A stretch of DNA of 64,000 nucleotides from NCBI GenBank assembly GCA_964187785.1, contig OZ076416.1:47988001-48052000 (forward strand), written 5' to 3'. Positions 50,909 through 62,589 of the stretch are shown here, in pieces. Origin of the DNA: Amphiscolops sp. MND2022 (lineage: Eukaryota). The first letter of the stretch is position 1; every line of letters begins with the position of its first letter. Both the position numbers and the translations under genes were made by a program. Under the pieces are notes generated by a model. That model saw only the letters and a program-made list of their open reading frames with translations. It was not told the DNA's origin and made no database searches.

Positions 50909-53900
50909 CTGTATCAAAAAATACAGAACAACAACACTCAACACGATACGAATGTAATTAAAAGTTCCCTCATTCGGCTATATGCTGATTACAGTGGAAG
51001 TCGCTTAAATAGGACACGCGTATAAGAGACAATGCTTAACTGGCACGCATATTTTGGTCCCCTGGCCTAACTGGCCCGGTCAACTGTACTACTGATATGA
51101 GACAACGGATATAGTAGACAAGAATATCCGGTCCCGAGGCGTCCCATATAAGCGGCTTCCACTGTATATATTTTTGATGGTAAATATAACCAAAATTGAA
51201 GGACGAAGGGATACTCTTTGGGAGTATCTTATTGCTTACACGAAGAAGGAATTTACGTTGTTTTGAATAGTTTGATTTTACCTTGTTTACTTGATTTTGA
51301 TTGGTTTAGAAATGGTTTAGCGATGGTTCGTTATAGAGAGGTCCCGACTGTATTGCCCGTGCTGACAAAAATTTGACTTCCAGGACTGCCAAGGATTCCC
51401 AAGGACTGGTAAGGACTTGTTAAGTTCTGGACCAGTCCTTACAAGTGCCACTTTTAGTCTTACAAGTCCTGGACCAGTCCGTACCAGTCCTGGGGATTTT
51501 TCCAGGACTGCTAAGGACTGGACCAGGACTGGTAAGAACTTGTGAGTTTTCCGAAAACTGGGGAAATCCTGAGCAGTCCTTGGAATCCTTGACTTATCCT
51601 GGCAAGGACTTGGAATCCTTGAGTGATCCTGGCAAGGACTTGGAATCCTTGAGTTATCCTGGCAAGGACTTAAGTCCACTGGAGTGTCAGTACGGGTGAA
51701 TTAGATTTTCTTGTAGAACGGTTTCAAGACAGAGCCCATCATATTGTGGTTGAAAAAATTATAACACAAAATTTCCTCATGTTTCAAAACGAAGCTGGAA
51801 TCATACATGGCCCATACGAACCGCATGGCCGCGAGTCTGAGATTAGACTGTGTTTAACTTGTATGTGAGATGCACTTCATACAAGAAACCTTTCACATAG
51901 AAAGAGCCGGTAGTTTATTAGGCTAAAAATCGAAGCGGCAATCAAGTACTTGAGCTCAAGTATCAAGAATTCAAGCCGCGAACGGCCCAAGTCCGTGCCC
52001 CGCTTAAGGCTCAAAAAGCACAAAAGAACTATCAAAAAGGTCTTAGTGCTACTAAAGGTTTTTATTCAACTGAAAACAACAAAAAGGACAGATTGGTCTA
52101 ATTGAGGAAAAAATTGAAGAAAAGTCGCACAATGTGAAAAACCTCACAGGATTTGCTCCACGACAATATTAAACTACTAACGAAGTTGAACAATTTGAAC
52201 AAAAACGTAGACACTTGGATGTGAGGCTCAAGGAAAAAACTTCTTGAAAACTAGTCATCGTAATTATTTCCTCTTTTTCTTCCAAAAGCGTCGAATAACA
52301 AAATAACATGCTATTTATTCCATACCACACTAAAGAAGTGTTTTTGGAAGTACGAGACTTCATGAACTCGTTTATTTCCGTAAAAAGAGACCAGTTCGAA
52401 CATTCACCCTTTGCGCCAAATGTGCCTTCAGCGTGGATCGCATTTACAAGAGCTATCACTGCCGTTTAAAAAATGCCTCATCAATATTGGGTAATTAAAT
52501 TGAACCTTTTGTAAAAAATCCTCGTTGAGTTTCCATTGAAGTTTCATTCAGGATATGAAAAACACCACCGTTTCAAGAAATCTCTCCAAACATTATTCCA
52601 ACAAGTTTATTTACATGACAGCGTATAAGCTCAAAATAATGCTGATAATGCTGGAAGTGTATCAGGAATCACCAACAGACTCCCGAAATCCCAAAATCAA
52701 GACGCCCAAAAAAACTGTCAAGAAAAAGGTGAGAAGCGATAGAAATCTCGCATGAGTTTTCACCTGACAGTGATCACTGTCAGGTGAAAACTCATGCGAG
52801 ATTTCTATCGCTTCTCACCTTTTTCTTGACAGTTTTTTTGGGCGTCTTGATTTTGGGATTTCGGGAGTACTACTGATATGAGTACTACTACTCGAGTCAA
52901 TAAAGTTGTAAGAAACAAATGAAGTCTACGTAATCGATAACGAGAAACTATTCGAACACTTTTTCTAATTCCACAAGACTTGAAAACTTATTGAGAAATG
53001 AATAACGACGGTTGTTGTTCACAGGAAATTGGTTTTCGTGGGCTAAAGGTCGACGAGCTGAAAAGCTCTTCTTTTGTCCTTTTCTGAGAGATTGCGATTG
53101 CTATAACGTTTGTTTTATAGTAAAGCTTTCGGTATAAATGGACTATTCTATTCTTCTATATGATCATCGGTTGATTTTTTGCTTCAGCTTGTAGGAATAA
53201 GTAATGCTAACTGTTAGGTGAGCCAATATGTTTCCCAAAAATGTAACTAACTGTAAATTTCGCGCAGCTTTGTTTGCAAACAGCCTATAAGGGGGGTTGG
53301 TCAAAGGGGTGACTCACCTGGTGAGTGTGAGCAGACTGAGTACAGCTGAGAGGAGGGAGAGACAGAGGCAGAGGGAGAAGCCACTTATGAAGAGCAGTGA
53401 GTTTGGGATCTTGTGCAGAGCGGCTCCCCCACACCTGTTGCCGCCACCCACGTTGGTTGTAGTGCCACCTAAGGAGAAAACAAATGGGTGAATAGTTCTC
53501 AGGATATAGTTCATAACATCTGAGAAATAATCGACTTCAAGAATAGAAGCATCTTTTAATTGATGCAAAAGGTTCAGCGCAAAAAAGAAACACAGAAGAA
53601 AGCACCGGATCAGATCAGTTCTGAAAGTTGAAACTTTACTAATACAATATTTTGGCATGGCTTTTCTCGCAGCGGATTCAACATTTCAAGTGTTGTGGCT
53701 TCCAGATAATAATAATAATAATAGTTGACTTCAAACTCAAACAAAACTTAGGAATTCAAAATTTTTCCAACGATGACCACCCATGGACCACCGATGGGAA
53801 ATGTAACAAAAAAGGGCGAATTCATTTTCACCAGTGGTCATTTGAGTCTCATGGGTGGCCATTGAGGGATTTTGTCCTGGAGTATATGTACAAGTAGGAA

Positions 53901-56900
53901 TGAATGTCGCGAACCGTTAATACATGAGAGAAACCCGGAAACCTATTTTGCATAATACGGTATAATACTATAGTACTGGTGTGTAAAAGTGTTATAGAAG
54001 ATAGGTGGTCTCTAGCTACTTTGGTAGGTGGTGGAGTTGAACTGGCTGGCCAGGGTCTCCCGGGAGTGGTAGCGACAGGAGTTGCGTCTGCTGTTCACGG
54101 GTGTCGTTGCCAAAGAGGCCCCCAGCTCACTCAGCCCGCCCTGCTCCTGAAAACGACACACCAATTCTTATGATACGGCCAGTGTGCTTTGTAGGGACTG
54201 TAGGGTTGCATACCCCACGTATGACAGAGGGTGTGAATGTATGCATTATGTAAAAACCTGCATTTCGGGAAAGAATCCAACGGACGGTGAAGCCACGTAA
54301 GCACGTATTTAACTTATTCTAAGTTGTTCGCTGCGACCAATCTTTGAGGAGGTTTTGAAAATACAATTATAGAAATAAATAAATTACAAATCAAAGAGTG
54401 TCGATGAAAAAAATTTAGAAGAGTGACAATGCTTACCCATATTTGGTCGTGACTATCGAACCGAATTTCTAATCTGTGACCGAACGATAAAAGTAAGATG
54501 TTGAAAACTTTAAAATAAACGTTTTTAGAAAACGTTTCAAATGCCTCAAAAATCTAAATTTTCGTGCGATTGAAAAATTGATGGTATTTTGGTAGTAATC
54601 ATGAATACATACCAATTTGGCAAAATGACTTTTGCCAACTAGGACCTCTGATATCTGCTGTGGACGTGAATTTTTACCCATCACTATTCATTATTTCGAT
54701 TTTTTCAACTCACAGCTGGTCTTGCTTCAGCAGCTCTTTGAGCCCAAGTCTGGATGTCGTTCCACCATTTCTGCTGACTCATGTTGTCCCCAGAAGGACT
54801 GCACAGGTCATTGGAAGACACGTGATTGGTCGCAGAGGGTGACCTCACTTTGGTCAGCGAATTCTGATTGGACGCGTGCTCGTAGTACTCTGTGCCCAGG
54901 GCAGGGTTGGGAAAAAATCTGATTTTTTAAAATATTCAATTTAATCCATTTTTTAAATTAAAATCAAGATTTTTGATTTTAATCATGATTTCTTAAACTT
55001 TACTCAAAAAAGGGTTTGAAATCAAATTTCATTTAATTTTTTGTTTTAATGATGAAAAAAGCACAAAAAAGAACAAAAAGATATTCATTACAGTTCTAAA
55101 AATCACATCATGATCTGATTGTAATTCTATAAAAACAAAATATCAATTTTTAAACGTAAAAATTATCAACTAACCTCTTTGGAGTAAAGTTGACATATGA
55201 GTTGATTAAAATAAAAAATCCAAAATTATGATTGATTAAAATCTGATTAAAATCATTATTATAATCAAGTTGATTAAAATCGGCCAACCCTGGCCCGCGG
55301 AGTATGTCTTGGGGGTGTGTATCAAGGGCCAATAGAGCAGGAAAGACACTAGGGTGACGAAGAGGGAGACCCCACAGGAGCAGATCCACGTCATTGAGTG
55401 CACAAGAGACATCCCGTTTGGATACGTCATTAAGACCTAACAACCAAAACGTTATTATGAACTTCTTTGCATAAATATTCAGGCTCAAGAAACATGCTTC
55501 AAAATCTAATGAGCTGACCTGTAGCTAATTTGAATTTGAGCAGTAAAAACTCATAATACACTTTAATATTTTTCGGATTGGCACAAACGCAAAACGGTAA
55601 CGAAATATTACAACTTACTTTAAGCTGAAGCATTTTCCTGGGTTACCAAAACTGGAATAAATTCAAAAACTTTTAAAAACATTACAAAACACTTTTATTC
55701 TAGACTGAAAACAGAGGAGACACGGATAAATTATTCATACATACACGAAAAAAGTGAGAAAAAACGTACAAAGCTGTCTTGAAAGCAAATCATAGACTCA
55801 AAGTAAATGTGAACTAGATGCGCAGTAGCACAGCGATATTTTCGTATATCTGCTACTACTCCTTCAAAAAAGAATTCAGAAAATTACAAGTTCATGCAGA
55901 TATGCATATCCCTAGTTGAAGCTGCAGGAACTTTTTACATGCTGCAGGCATGCATGCAGGGTAATTTTTTATAAAACCTAGAAAATTCAGTGAACTTCAG
56001 TTGGTAAATCATGTACAATTACACTGCATTTTCCACTATTGTAATTAAAATTTGAAATAAATTACACTAGATTACCGACACGATCACTTTGTATTCACAC
56101 TTTGTTTCTCAACTACTCATCTGATGTGACCACCGCTTCTCAAATAGCACGCTAGACATGACGCTAACTTGCAGTTTATTATGAGACTGAAGATATTTTG
56201 CATTGATTTAGCGGTAAAATTGATAGCGCCTTATTTGCTTTCAAAATTACAACTGCTGCTTAATGAAACCTGCAAAACTTCAAGGCTTAAAATTGCCGCC
56301 AAAACTTTGACGAATCTTTCAAGCAGCTTGATAAAAGTTAATTATAACAGGCACAAATTTTCGCATGAAAGTTTCCGTAAGAGTTTTAGAAAATCATAAG
56401 AAAAGTTGCTGGCAACATTAAAGTACATGCAAAAAGTTCAAGCAGTTTCAACAAGGGATAGTACCAAAACAGCAACTCGAGAAGAAGATTCAGTGAACTT
56501 TATTTTTATAAGACATTTACATTTGTTCAACTTCAAAGTATACGAAACTTCGACACTGGTCAGAGTCGAACCCCACACTCTTCCTTGCAAAATCTATCAC
56601 AATTCGGACACAAGAGCTGATAATAATTAGAAATAACGTCAACAGTTCCGATATAGCGCATTTTCAGTCAGCGCTTTTCGAAGGAAAGAACCGACTATTG
56701 CAGTGACTTTTTCAAGACCAGCTAACTGGCACATTTTTAAAGGCACATTTCTATAAGCTGTATCTTAGTAACTTCTAGCTGCCATAGTGGCATAGTGGTA
56801 GAAACTGCCACTTGATATAGAGGTTAACTCGAATTTTCTGAGGTGCGGAGTACGGGTGTTCGAGTCTCGCACTATACCACCAAAAGTTTTTATGCATGCA

Positions 56901-59900
56901 ACAGTAGAGAGGCGAAAGGGTCCACTCCCCGTTGTGATTTTTTTCTGCTTTATGCGACTTTTTTCCGAAGCTTTTCCAATCGAAGTGTCCTCGAGATTTT
57001 TCGGCACGATTATATTTACCGAAGAATTTGAAAAAATTGAAAAAAATGAAAATTTTTTCGACGCAATTTCTTTTTTTGAGGTTTTCTGTGAGGTCCTAAT
57101 GGTGACCTTTTTGATTATTTTTCAGTCCTGTGGAAGTTATAGGAGTATTCCTAGAAAATGTTGCAAAAATGTTACGGTTTTTTCGGCACTGTGCGACTTG
57201 TTATCAGCAAAATATTTGTTTGGTCAAATGGTACCCCTTCACTTTCATAAGTGATTTCAGCCGAAAAACAACGACGTTTGGCGAGCTTAAAGCTCATCAT
57301 TCGGCACTATGAGATTTTTTCCAAAGAAAATACTTGTTATTAAAAATTTCTTTAAAGATCTGTTTTCTGTTTCCAGTTGGAAAAACTGTTCATTATTCTC
57401 ATGGGTCTCCCTTCGGGTTTTCTCTAGCACTGTAGATTTGATAACATTCTCACAATGCTGTCTCTTTGCATGTTTAAAAAACTTGGTTTTTGGGAACCTT
57501 GAGCGGGGCGCTGACTTGGGTCATTCCCGACTTGTTTCATTTTTCATCGAAAAAAGTTTCATAATAGAAAACAATACTATTATAGTTAAATTCGGAAAAA
57601 AGAGGTTAGACTCTGTTTAGATGCCAACTCCCGAAGGGACCAATTGGTGAAGAACACTTTTTAAAAGGAACACTTTGCCAAAACAATCGAACGAGGAAGC
57701 TTTCAGGCTAAAAAGATGTTTTTCAACTAAAAACATCAAACAAGACGAGAACGTCTAAAGTCGACTTTCCACTTCAAAAGGGGTAAAGTTTTAAAAATAT
57801 GATCAATGCGTTTTAAGGAAACTCTTAACAATATAAATACCCAAAGGGAATCTTTTGAACTCGGAAAAGGTTCTTCTCGAACAGAGAATACAAAAACAAT
57901 TGGGTTCAAAAACGGTTTTCGAATTTGTTCTGCAAAAATGACAGAGTCGAAAACAAATTTCCAACATGGACGTTCCGGTGCCAAACAGTTTCGAGGAGAC
58001 GGTAAAACTATGGAATCTACAAAGAGAGTGTCCTTTGACTTCTTGAGTATGCCGTAGACTGCAAGCTTTTATCTTGTAAAAAATTCCATTTCAGTGTGAG
58101 CTCTGTGGCATAGAGAAAAAACAGTTAGTGTTGATTTTATCCAAAGAGGACACTTTAGACTTGAGAATGCAGTTTTCTAACTAAACGAATGAAAAAATCA
58201 AAGAGAGTGGAAAGAAAAAAGTCGTGTGCAAAGAAGACCAAGGGGAACTCTTTGGTGTCCTTCAGTTGATAACACATAGTTTAAAATTTGAAAATCAAAA
58301 GGAACTCTTTGGCCACCCAGGATGCACTGTAGATCTTACGCTGACTCAAAAAGTGCACAAAAACTTTCTCAAAGAAGGTCCACAGTGTCAGAAAGAAAAC
58401 AGAGTGCCTTGGTCGCATCTACTTTTGTCGTCAGCAGGATTCGACCGCAACTATGCTAGTTTTCAAGCACTCGCGGCGGACATTCAGGCAATATTCAACT
58501 TTAGATTTTTTTTTCTTAGAAAAGCGAGAGATAACAAACTAATTGACTACCCGAGTCCCACGCAAAAAAAACTTTAATTCATGGAGCATGGCGCAGTGGT
58601 TAGAGCATTCGACGTGTATTGGAGTTGTACCAGGTTCGAAAGTATCTCAATCCACTATCATTGGGCCTTGAACAAGTCGTTCATCCGTAGGTTAGTGACA
58701 TTGCGATGTAAAAAAAAGACGCATTTGCCGGATAAAATCAAAATGAAAGAGCAAATATACTTCTGTGAACTTGAGCAAGTCAATTTGAAACCACTCTGCT
58801 TTAAGCCGACCATTGCTTGACCTTTTGGTTGCAAACATGGTATCATACCTTACTCGCGGAATTGGAGAAACAAATAATTGTTTTATACTTTTATTTTTAT
58901 TCATTCTGATACTTAAACATGAATGGACTATGACACGATAGGATAGAGACATGAAAACACATGCAGCTAAAAGAAGTTCCAAACATGTGGTAAAAAGCTT
59001 ACGTTATGAACCTGACCATCTTACAGTTAATTTCATGTATGGAAAAACAAGAGAGTTTTTTTTAAAACTGGGAATCAGAGACAGGCGGGACTTGGTGAAA
59101 AAATATATGAAGTATCTAATTCGGAGGTTTTACTCCAGCATATTCAAAACAAAATATTCAAAATATAATTTACTACATTGGTACAAACTTTACCTTTTCG
59201 GAATTGTGACGCAACACGTAGGACGTGAGGAGAGAAATGCTGATGAGCAGGTTGAGAGTGAGTAGAAGGAAGACGTACTTGGCAGAGGTCTTCTGGAAAC
59301 GGGGAAGCACAAACGGGCTGAACGATTCCAGAGAATTCAGAGCCACCGACAGCAGTTCTTTTTTGATACACTGCAATATCAAGCAAGAAACTGAGAATCC
59401 AACAATGCTTTGGAAAAAAAGTAATTCGTTCCTTAATTCTTAGGTCCGTTCCCGATTGCAAACTGCATGGTTTACTGTATAGGTTGGTACTTTGAAAATA
59501 CTTACTGCAAAAAGCTTAAGACAGCTAATGACACAGGTGAAAACATTTTTTTCTTGGGAAATGCATTCGACAAAACTATACTTTTTGTTTTGAATACTGT
59601 CCTGGTATTTCGAGGAACTTTGTAATCTGTATTTCAGAATTTATTACGCCATCTCAAAAACGGCCGAAAAACTTCCCTGGATAATTTCTGTAGCCTTGAC
59701 ACCGTTCTTTACCTTTCGCTTCACATTTTTCTGAAAATGCATTTTCGAAAATGAACAGCCAAAAACAGTTGTAATTCCGCGGAAAAAAATTTTAATCCAT
59801 AAAAATTGAAGAGTTCGCATTCTGTGATCACTTCGCATAGTAAATTTTCGAAGAGGACGTTTTCAGGAAAGTGTTAACGTCAAAATTTATAAATCTGAAT

Positions 59901-62049
59901 CAGAGGTACAAAGTTTGTCACAGGCATGTTTTGTTACGAACGGTGGTTTTCCAGCTATTGCATACTAAATTTCGGAAAATGTCAAAAAGCAAAACTGAGC
60001 GATATCAAATCTTGTAATTTTTGTTCGATTTCAAAACAAAAATACGCCTATAACTCTGATCGAAATCGGAGAAAGTTTCTTTCTTTTCCCGGGGACTTTT
60101 TCTGTCAATCGAGTATATATAAATTTAACTCAGTTTGAACTTTTTCGTCTGTAAAATCGAGTGTCTTTATTTTTTTGGTGCACTAGTGTATATGGAAAGC
60201 AAAGTGCTGTAACACAATTTATCGAAATTAAATGTAAAATAACTCGATGTATTTCACTAAGGTATTTATCATTAGTGGAAACTTGCCTTCTCAAAAGACT
60301 TTGCTTTGCGTCTGAAAACCATCCTGTCAGTTCTACCGTCCCTGTACCCTGGGCCAATCCACTCGAACACTGGAAAGTCATAGAGGTCACAAGTGTGCAT
60401 GTCAACCACAGTGACCCTGTTGACATACCAAGAGGTCAAGGGTTCACTTCTGGCTCTGAATGTGGACATGCATCTGGAATTGCGGTGACTGCCCCCACTG
60501 CCGAAGTAGGGCGGCTTGTCGTGCCAGAGGGACACTCGGGTAAGTTTGCCCAGAGATTCCCAGGTGCTGGAATGGTAAACTGATTCGAACTTGGAGAGTT
60601 ATAACGAGATCAGATAATTTTCTTTTCTGTTGACATCTTCAAGACTATTTTTCAAAACTTTTCTTAGCGTCAAGCTTTCTTTACAATTTGATAAGGGTTC
60701 TTGAATGTTGCTTTGCAGATCTGTTAGAAAACTGAATGACGAAAATGCTCGAAATTGGTTTGTATTTGTATCTTAGGTTATCAGTCTCTTCTTTGTGGAT
60801 ATTTCAAGGCAAATATGTTTTTAGATATTCGAAAAATTGAAGAAAAAAACATCAAAAAGGAACTTCTGATGTTCAGTAACCCCTATCAAACCACAAAAAA
60901 CTCAGTAGTCTTATCGCCCACAATTAACAATGCAAAAAATGAACGAACAATTTTAGAAACAAGCACATCGAAAATTTGAAATAAACAAATCTTAAATATT
61001 GTTCATATTACATGTTATTGCTGAATATATCTATGTACATGGTGGGGTGTTTGTAGAGATACACCTGTGTTACCTGATGATGAAGGTGGTGACGGATCCA
61101 GACTGGAAGCAGCTGACGTCATCGGAGAAGAGCTCCTTGGTCTCGGAAGTGCGGTGCTCCCCGTACAGCACACAAAACACCCTGTTTTTAGTCCCCGTGC
61201 CCCACATGTTGCCTGTCTCCACTGACAGGGAGTAACTAATAGCATCAAAAAACAACTTCACCAAAGTACTTAGCATTTCCCAAACAAGAGGTGGATTCTT
61301 AACTAGAGATGATTGATACGATTGTTCAAATGATCCTCAAGATCTTGACAAAATTGTTCCAAGAATCTTTTGGCAGAAATCCATCAAAGGTCAGTCCGGG
61401 TAACCCTTCCAAAATTTTCCCAGAACCCAAGGGCCCTTAAGCGAACCGGGATACTTTCCGTCTTCAAATATTTAAGCAACAACATATTTCAAGTGTCGAG
61501 CGTACTCTATAAACGTACGCCTACCAAAAGGCTCGAACCTTGCACAAATAGATCAAAAATTCAATAGAAATTGCCATTTTTACGAGTTTGTCGCTTTCAA
61601 TTTTAGACACTTTTCCCTTATAAAAATTTTTTAATTCCTCCATAATTTCGTACGCTACGACGCTATTTTTTTTTCGTTCTTCAAATTCTATAGAAGAAAC
61701 ACAAAAAAGCCGCTGAGAGATAAAAAGAATATTGTGGAATTGCATGCTTCTGACACAGAAGCTTAACTTGAAAAGTCCATTTCTAATGCGACATTTGTGG
61801 CTGACTGACCAATGGTAGTCGCGACAGTTGTTGTCCACGTGGTAGAGTATCTTGTCGATGCAGTCGTCCGGACTGACAGCAAGAACGACAATCTTGAAGC
61901 ATGCCATCACAGTCGCCCCCACAATGAACACCCCCACTGCCACTGCAAGGAGACGACCCACTCTGCACGAAAGTACAACAAAATAGAAACATTACACAAG
62001 AACACATACACCTGATGGATATCTTTTTCAAAGAAAGGTTATCTTCAAT
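50824..62049 (-). CDS. Polycystin-1 family (PKD1L/PKDREJ-like) gene, partial: 10 exons, ~499 aa (TM1, PLAT domain, further TM segments)
   Basis: Exons 62049-62012, 61962-61810, 61235-61074, 60566-60287, 59370-59194, 55436-55289, 54889-54714, 54146-54020, 53468-53318 and 50908-50824 join in frame with compatible phases. Motifs DN..DY, Y.LSVETG..GTGT...LYG, F.SGS..TF, LWHD, SWYV..V.V.D..T...Y.F...EW, DG match the PKD1-type PLAT domain. Confidence 0.85.
50992..51164. mobile_element. Tc1/mariner(pogo)-type MITE, 173 bp
   Basis: TIRs CAGTGGAAGTCGCTTA / TAAGCGGCTTCCACTG (15/16), flanked by TA on both sides (50990-50991, 51165-51166). Confidence 0.88.
51356..51696. mobile_element. CMC/EnSpm-like MITE, 341 bp, with subterminal and 30-bp internal repeats
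   Basis: TIRs CCCGTGCTGACA / TGTCAGTACGGG (11/12) and 2-bp TSD TG. Many AGGACT/AGTCCT motifs in both orientations. About three copies of a 30-bp unit (TCCTGGCAAGGACTTGGAATCCTTGAG..) at 51578-51670. Confidence 0.72.
51960..52150 (-). repeat. Old dispersed repeat, copy 2 (inverted)
   Basis: Reverse complement reads TGTGCGACTT...TTTTTGAGCCTTAAGCGGGGCACGGACTTGGGCCGTTCGCGGCTTG. Confidence 0.6.
52679..52868. repeat. Perfect 190-bp palindrome, no spacer
   Basis: 95-bp arms centred on TGA|TCA (52773/52774); every position I checked pairs, including homopolymer lengths. Confidence 0.95.
53318..53468 (-). CDS. PKD1-like exon: TM4 region (IPNSLLFISGFSLCLCLSLLSAVLSLL)
   Basis: ttttctccttag acceptor and AG|GTGAGT donor. 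Confidence 0.8.
54020..54146 (-). CDS. PKD1-like exon (EQGGLSELG...FNSTTYQ)
   Basis: ttttcag acceptor; weak donor AA|GTAGCT gives the phase required by the next exon; read-through hits TAG at 54012-54014. Confidence 0.62.
54714..54889 (-). CDS. PKD1-like exon: cytoplasmic loop (EYYEHASNQ...WWNDIQTW...RPA)
   Basis: Only one frame is open; cacag acceptor and GCT|GTGAGT donor. Confidence 0.7.
54902..55292. mobile_element. hAT-like MITE, 391 bp, coinciding with an intron
   Basis: TIRs CAGGGTTGG / CCAACCCTG; imperfect 8-bp TSD GCCCAGGG / GCCCGCGG (6/8); very AT-rich interior with ATTAAAAT/ATTTTAAT repeats. Confidence 0.82.
55289..55436 (-). CDS. PKD1-like exon: TM3 region (WICSCGVSLFVTLVSFLLYWPL)
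   Basis: ttag acceptor; the donor is inferred inside the MITE TIR (CAGG|GTTGG). Confidence 0.72.
56780..56880 (+). other. tRNA-like/SINE-head remnant
   Basis: A-box-like TGGCATAGTGG and B-box-like GTTCGAGTCTC; no convincing cloverleaf. Confidence 0.3.
57150..57535 (+). repeat. Old dispersed repeat, copy 3
   Basis: GCACTGTGCGACTT ... CCTTGAGCGGGGCGCTGACTTGGGTCATTCCCGACTTG. Confidence 0.55.
58583..58810 (+). mobile_element. tRNA-derived SINE (decayed)
   Basis: A box TGGCGCAGTGG and B box GGTTCGAAA, followed by a CCTTGAACAAGTC core-like motif; no intact cloverleaf. The 3' end is approximate. Confidence 0.6.
59194..59370 (-). CDS. PKD1-like exon: TM2 region (ELLSVALN...YVFLLLTLNLLISISLL)
   Basis: cag acceptor, AAG|GTAAAG donor, 177 nt. 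Confidence 0.8.
60287..60566 (-). CDS. PKD1-like exon: PLAT C-half (LGKLTRVSLWHD...SWYVNRVTVVD...EWIG...DGRTDR)
   Basis: ccag acceptor. The 3' end is most likely the GC donor AAG|GCAAGT; an in-phase GT alternative lies at 60319. Confidence 0.85.
61074..61235 (-). CDS. PKD1-like exon: PLAT N-half (YSLSVETGNMWGTGT...LYGEH...FQSGSVTTFII)
   Basis: tag acceptor, AG|GTAAC donor, PLAT motifs. Confidence 0.9.
61810..61962 (-). CDS. PKD1-like exon: TM1 and linker (VGRLLAVAVGVFIV...DNNCRDYH)
   Basis: Pyrimidine-rich cag acceptor and GTCAGT donor; hydrophobic helix followed by the DN motif that precedes PLAT. Confidence 0.8.
62012..62049 (-). CDS. PKD1-like exon (IEDNLSLKKISIR)
   Basis: cag acceptor, AG|GTGTAT donor, 38 nt; followed by a 49-nt intron; phase fits the next exon. 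Confidence 0.5.
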
Positions 62050-62589
62050 CTGCTACTAAAAGACATTTTACAGATCCTTCTATATTAGTTGAGAATAGCT
62101 TCAGGTATCATCTGAAAAAAGGGACTTTCACAGAAGGAAATTGCCTAGATCCAACGCAACTTGAAATTCGATGCAATTCCATCAGTAGAACCAAATGTTT
62201 AATGCAAAATTCAAGTCGAAGCCGTCTATCAAATTTTACGGATCTATGTGGTTCGAACTATGGAATTGCATCGAAACGCCATAAGCTCGGATCTGGGGAT
62301 TGCTTCATGTCAAAGAATCAACTTTTCACAATAGCCAAATGCTTTCTATGGGACTAAACTTCATTAATTGATAAGATGTATTCTCAAAATGCATTTTTTG
62401 TCTATTTCTTTTCCAAACACACAGCTAAATTTTAATAGGTTGTTAAAATATATTCGTGAAAGATGAGCAATGAGTTGAAAGTAACTTAGCTGTAGAATAA
62501 TTGCTTGAAAATAATCGACTAACTGTAGCTCGTCAGAAGATTGTCCAATATGATGATGTATTTCGATACTCATGGGTTGGTATGTCAAC

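Noticed and set aside
53318-53468. GPI-anchor signal as the protein C-terminus
   Set aside because: The exon ends in a strong GTGAGT donor and splices in frame to another TM exon at 50908.
57600-58460. Faint resemblance to array spacer motifs and internal short repeats
   Set aside because: Too degenerate to align by eye in AT-rich sequence; needs a sensitive nucleotide HMM search.
62167-62275. 16-bp inverted repeat TTCGATGCAATTCCAT / ATGGAATTGCATCGAA
   Set aside because: No TSD or recognisable TIR; probably a MITE relic, too little to classify.
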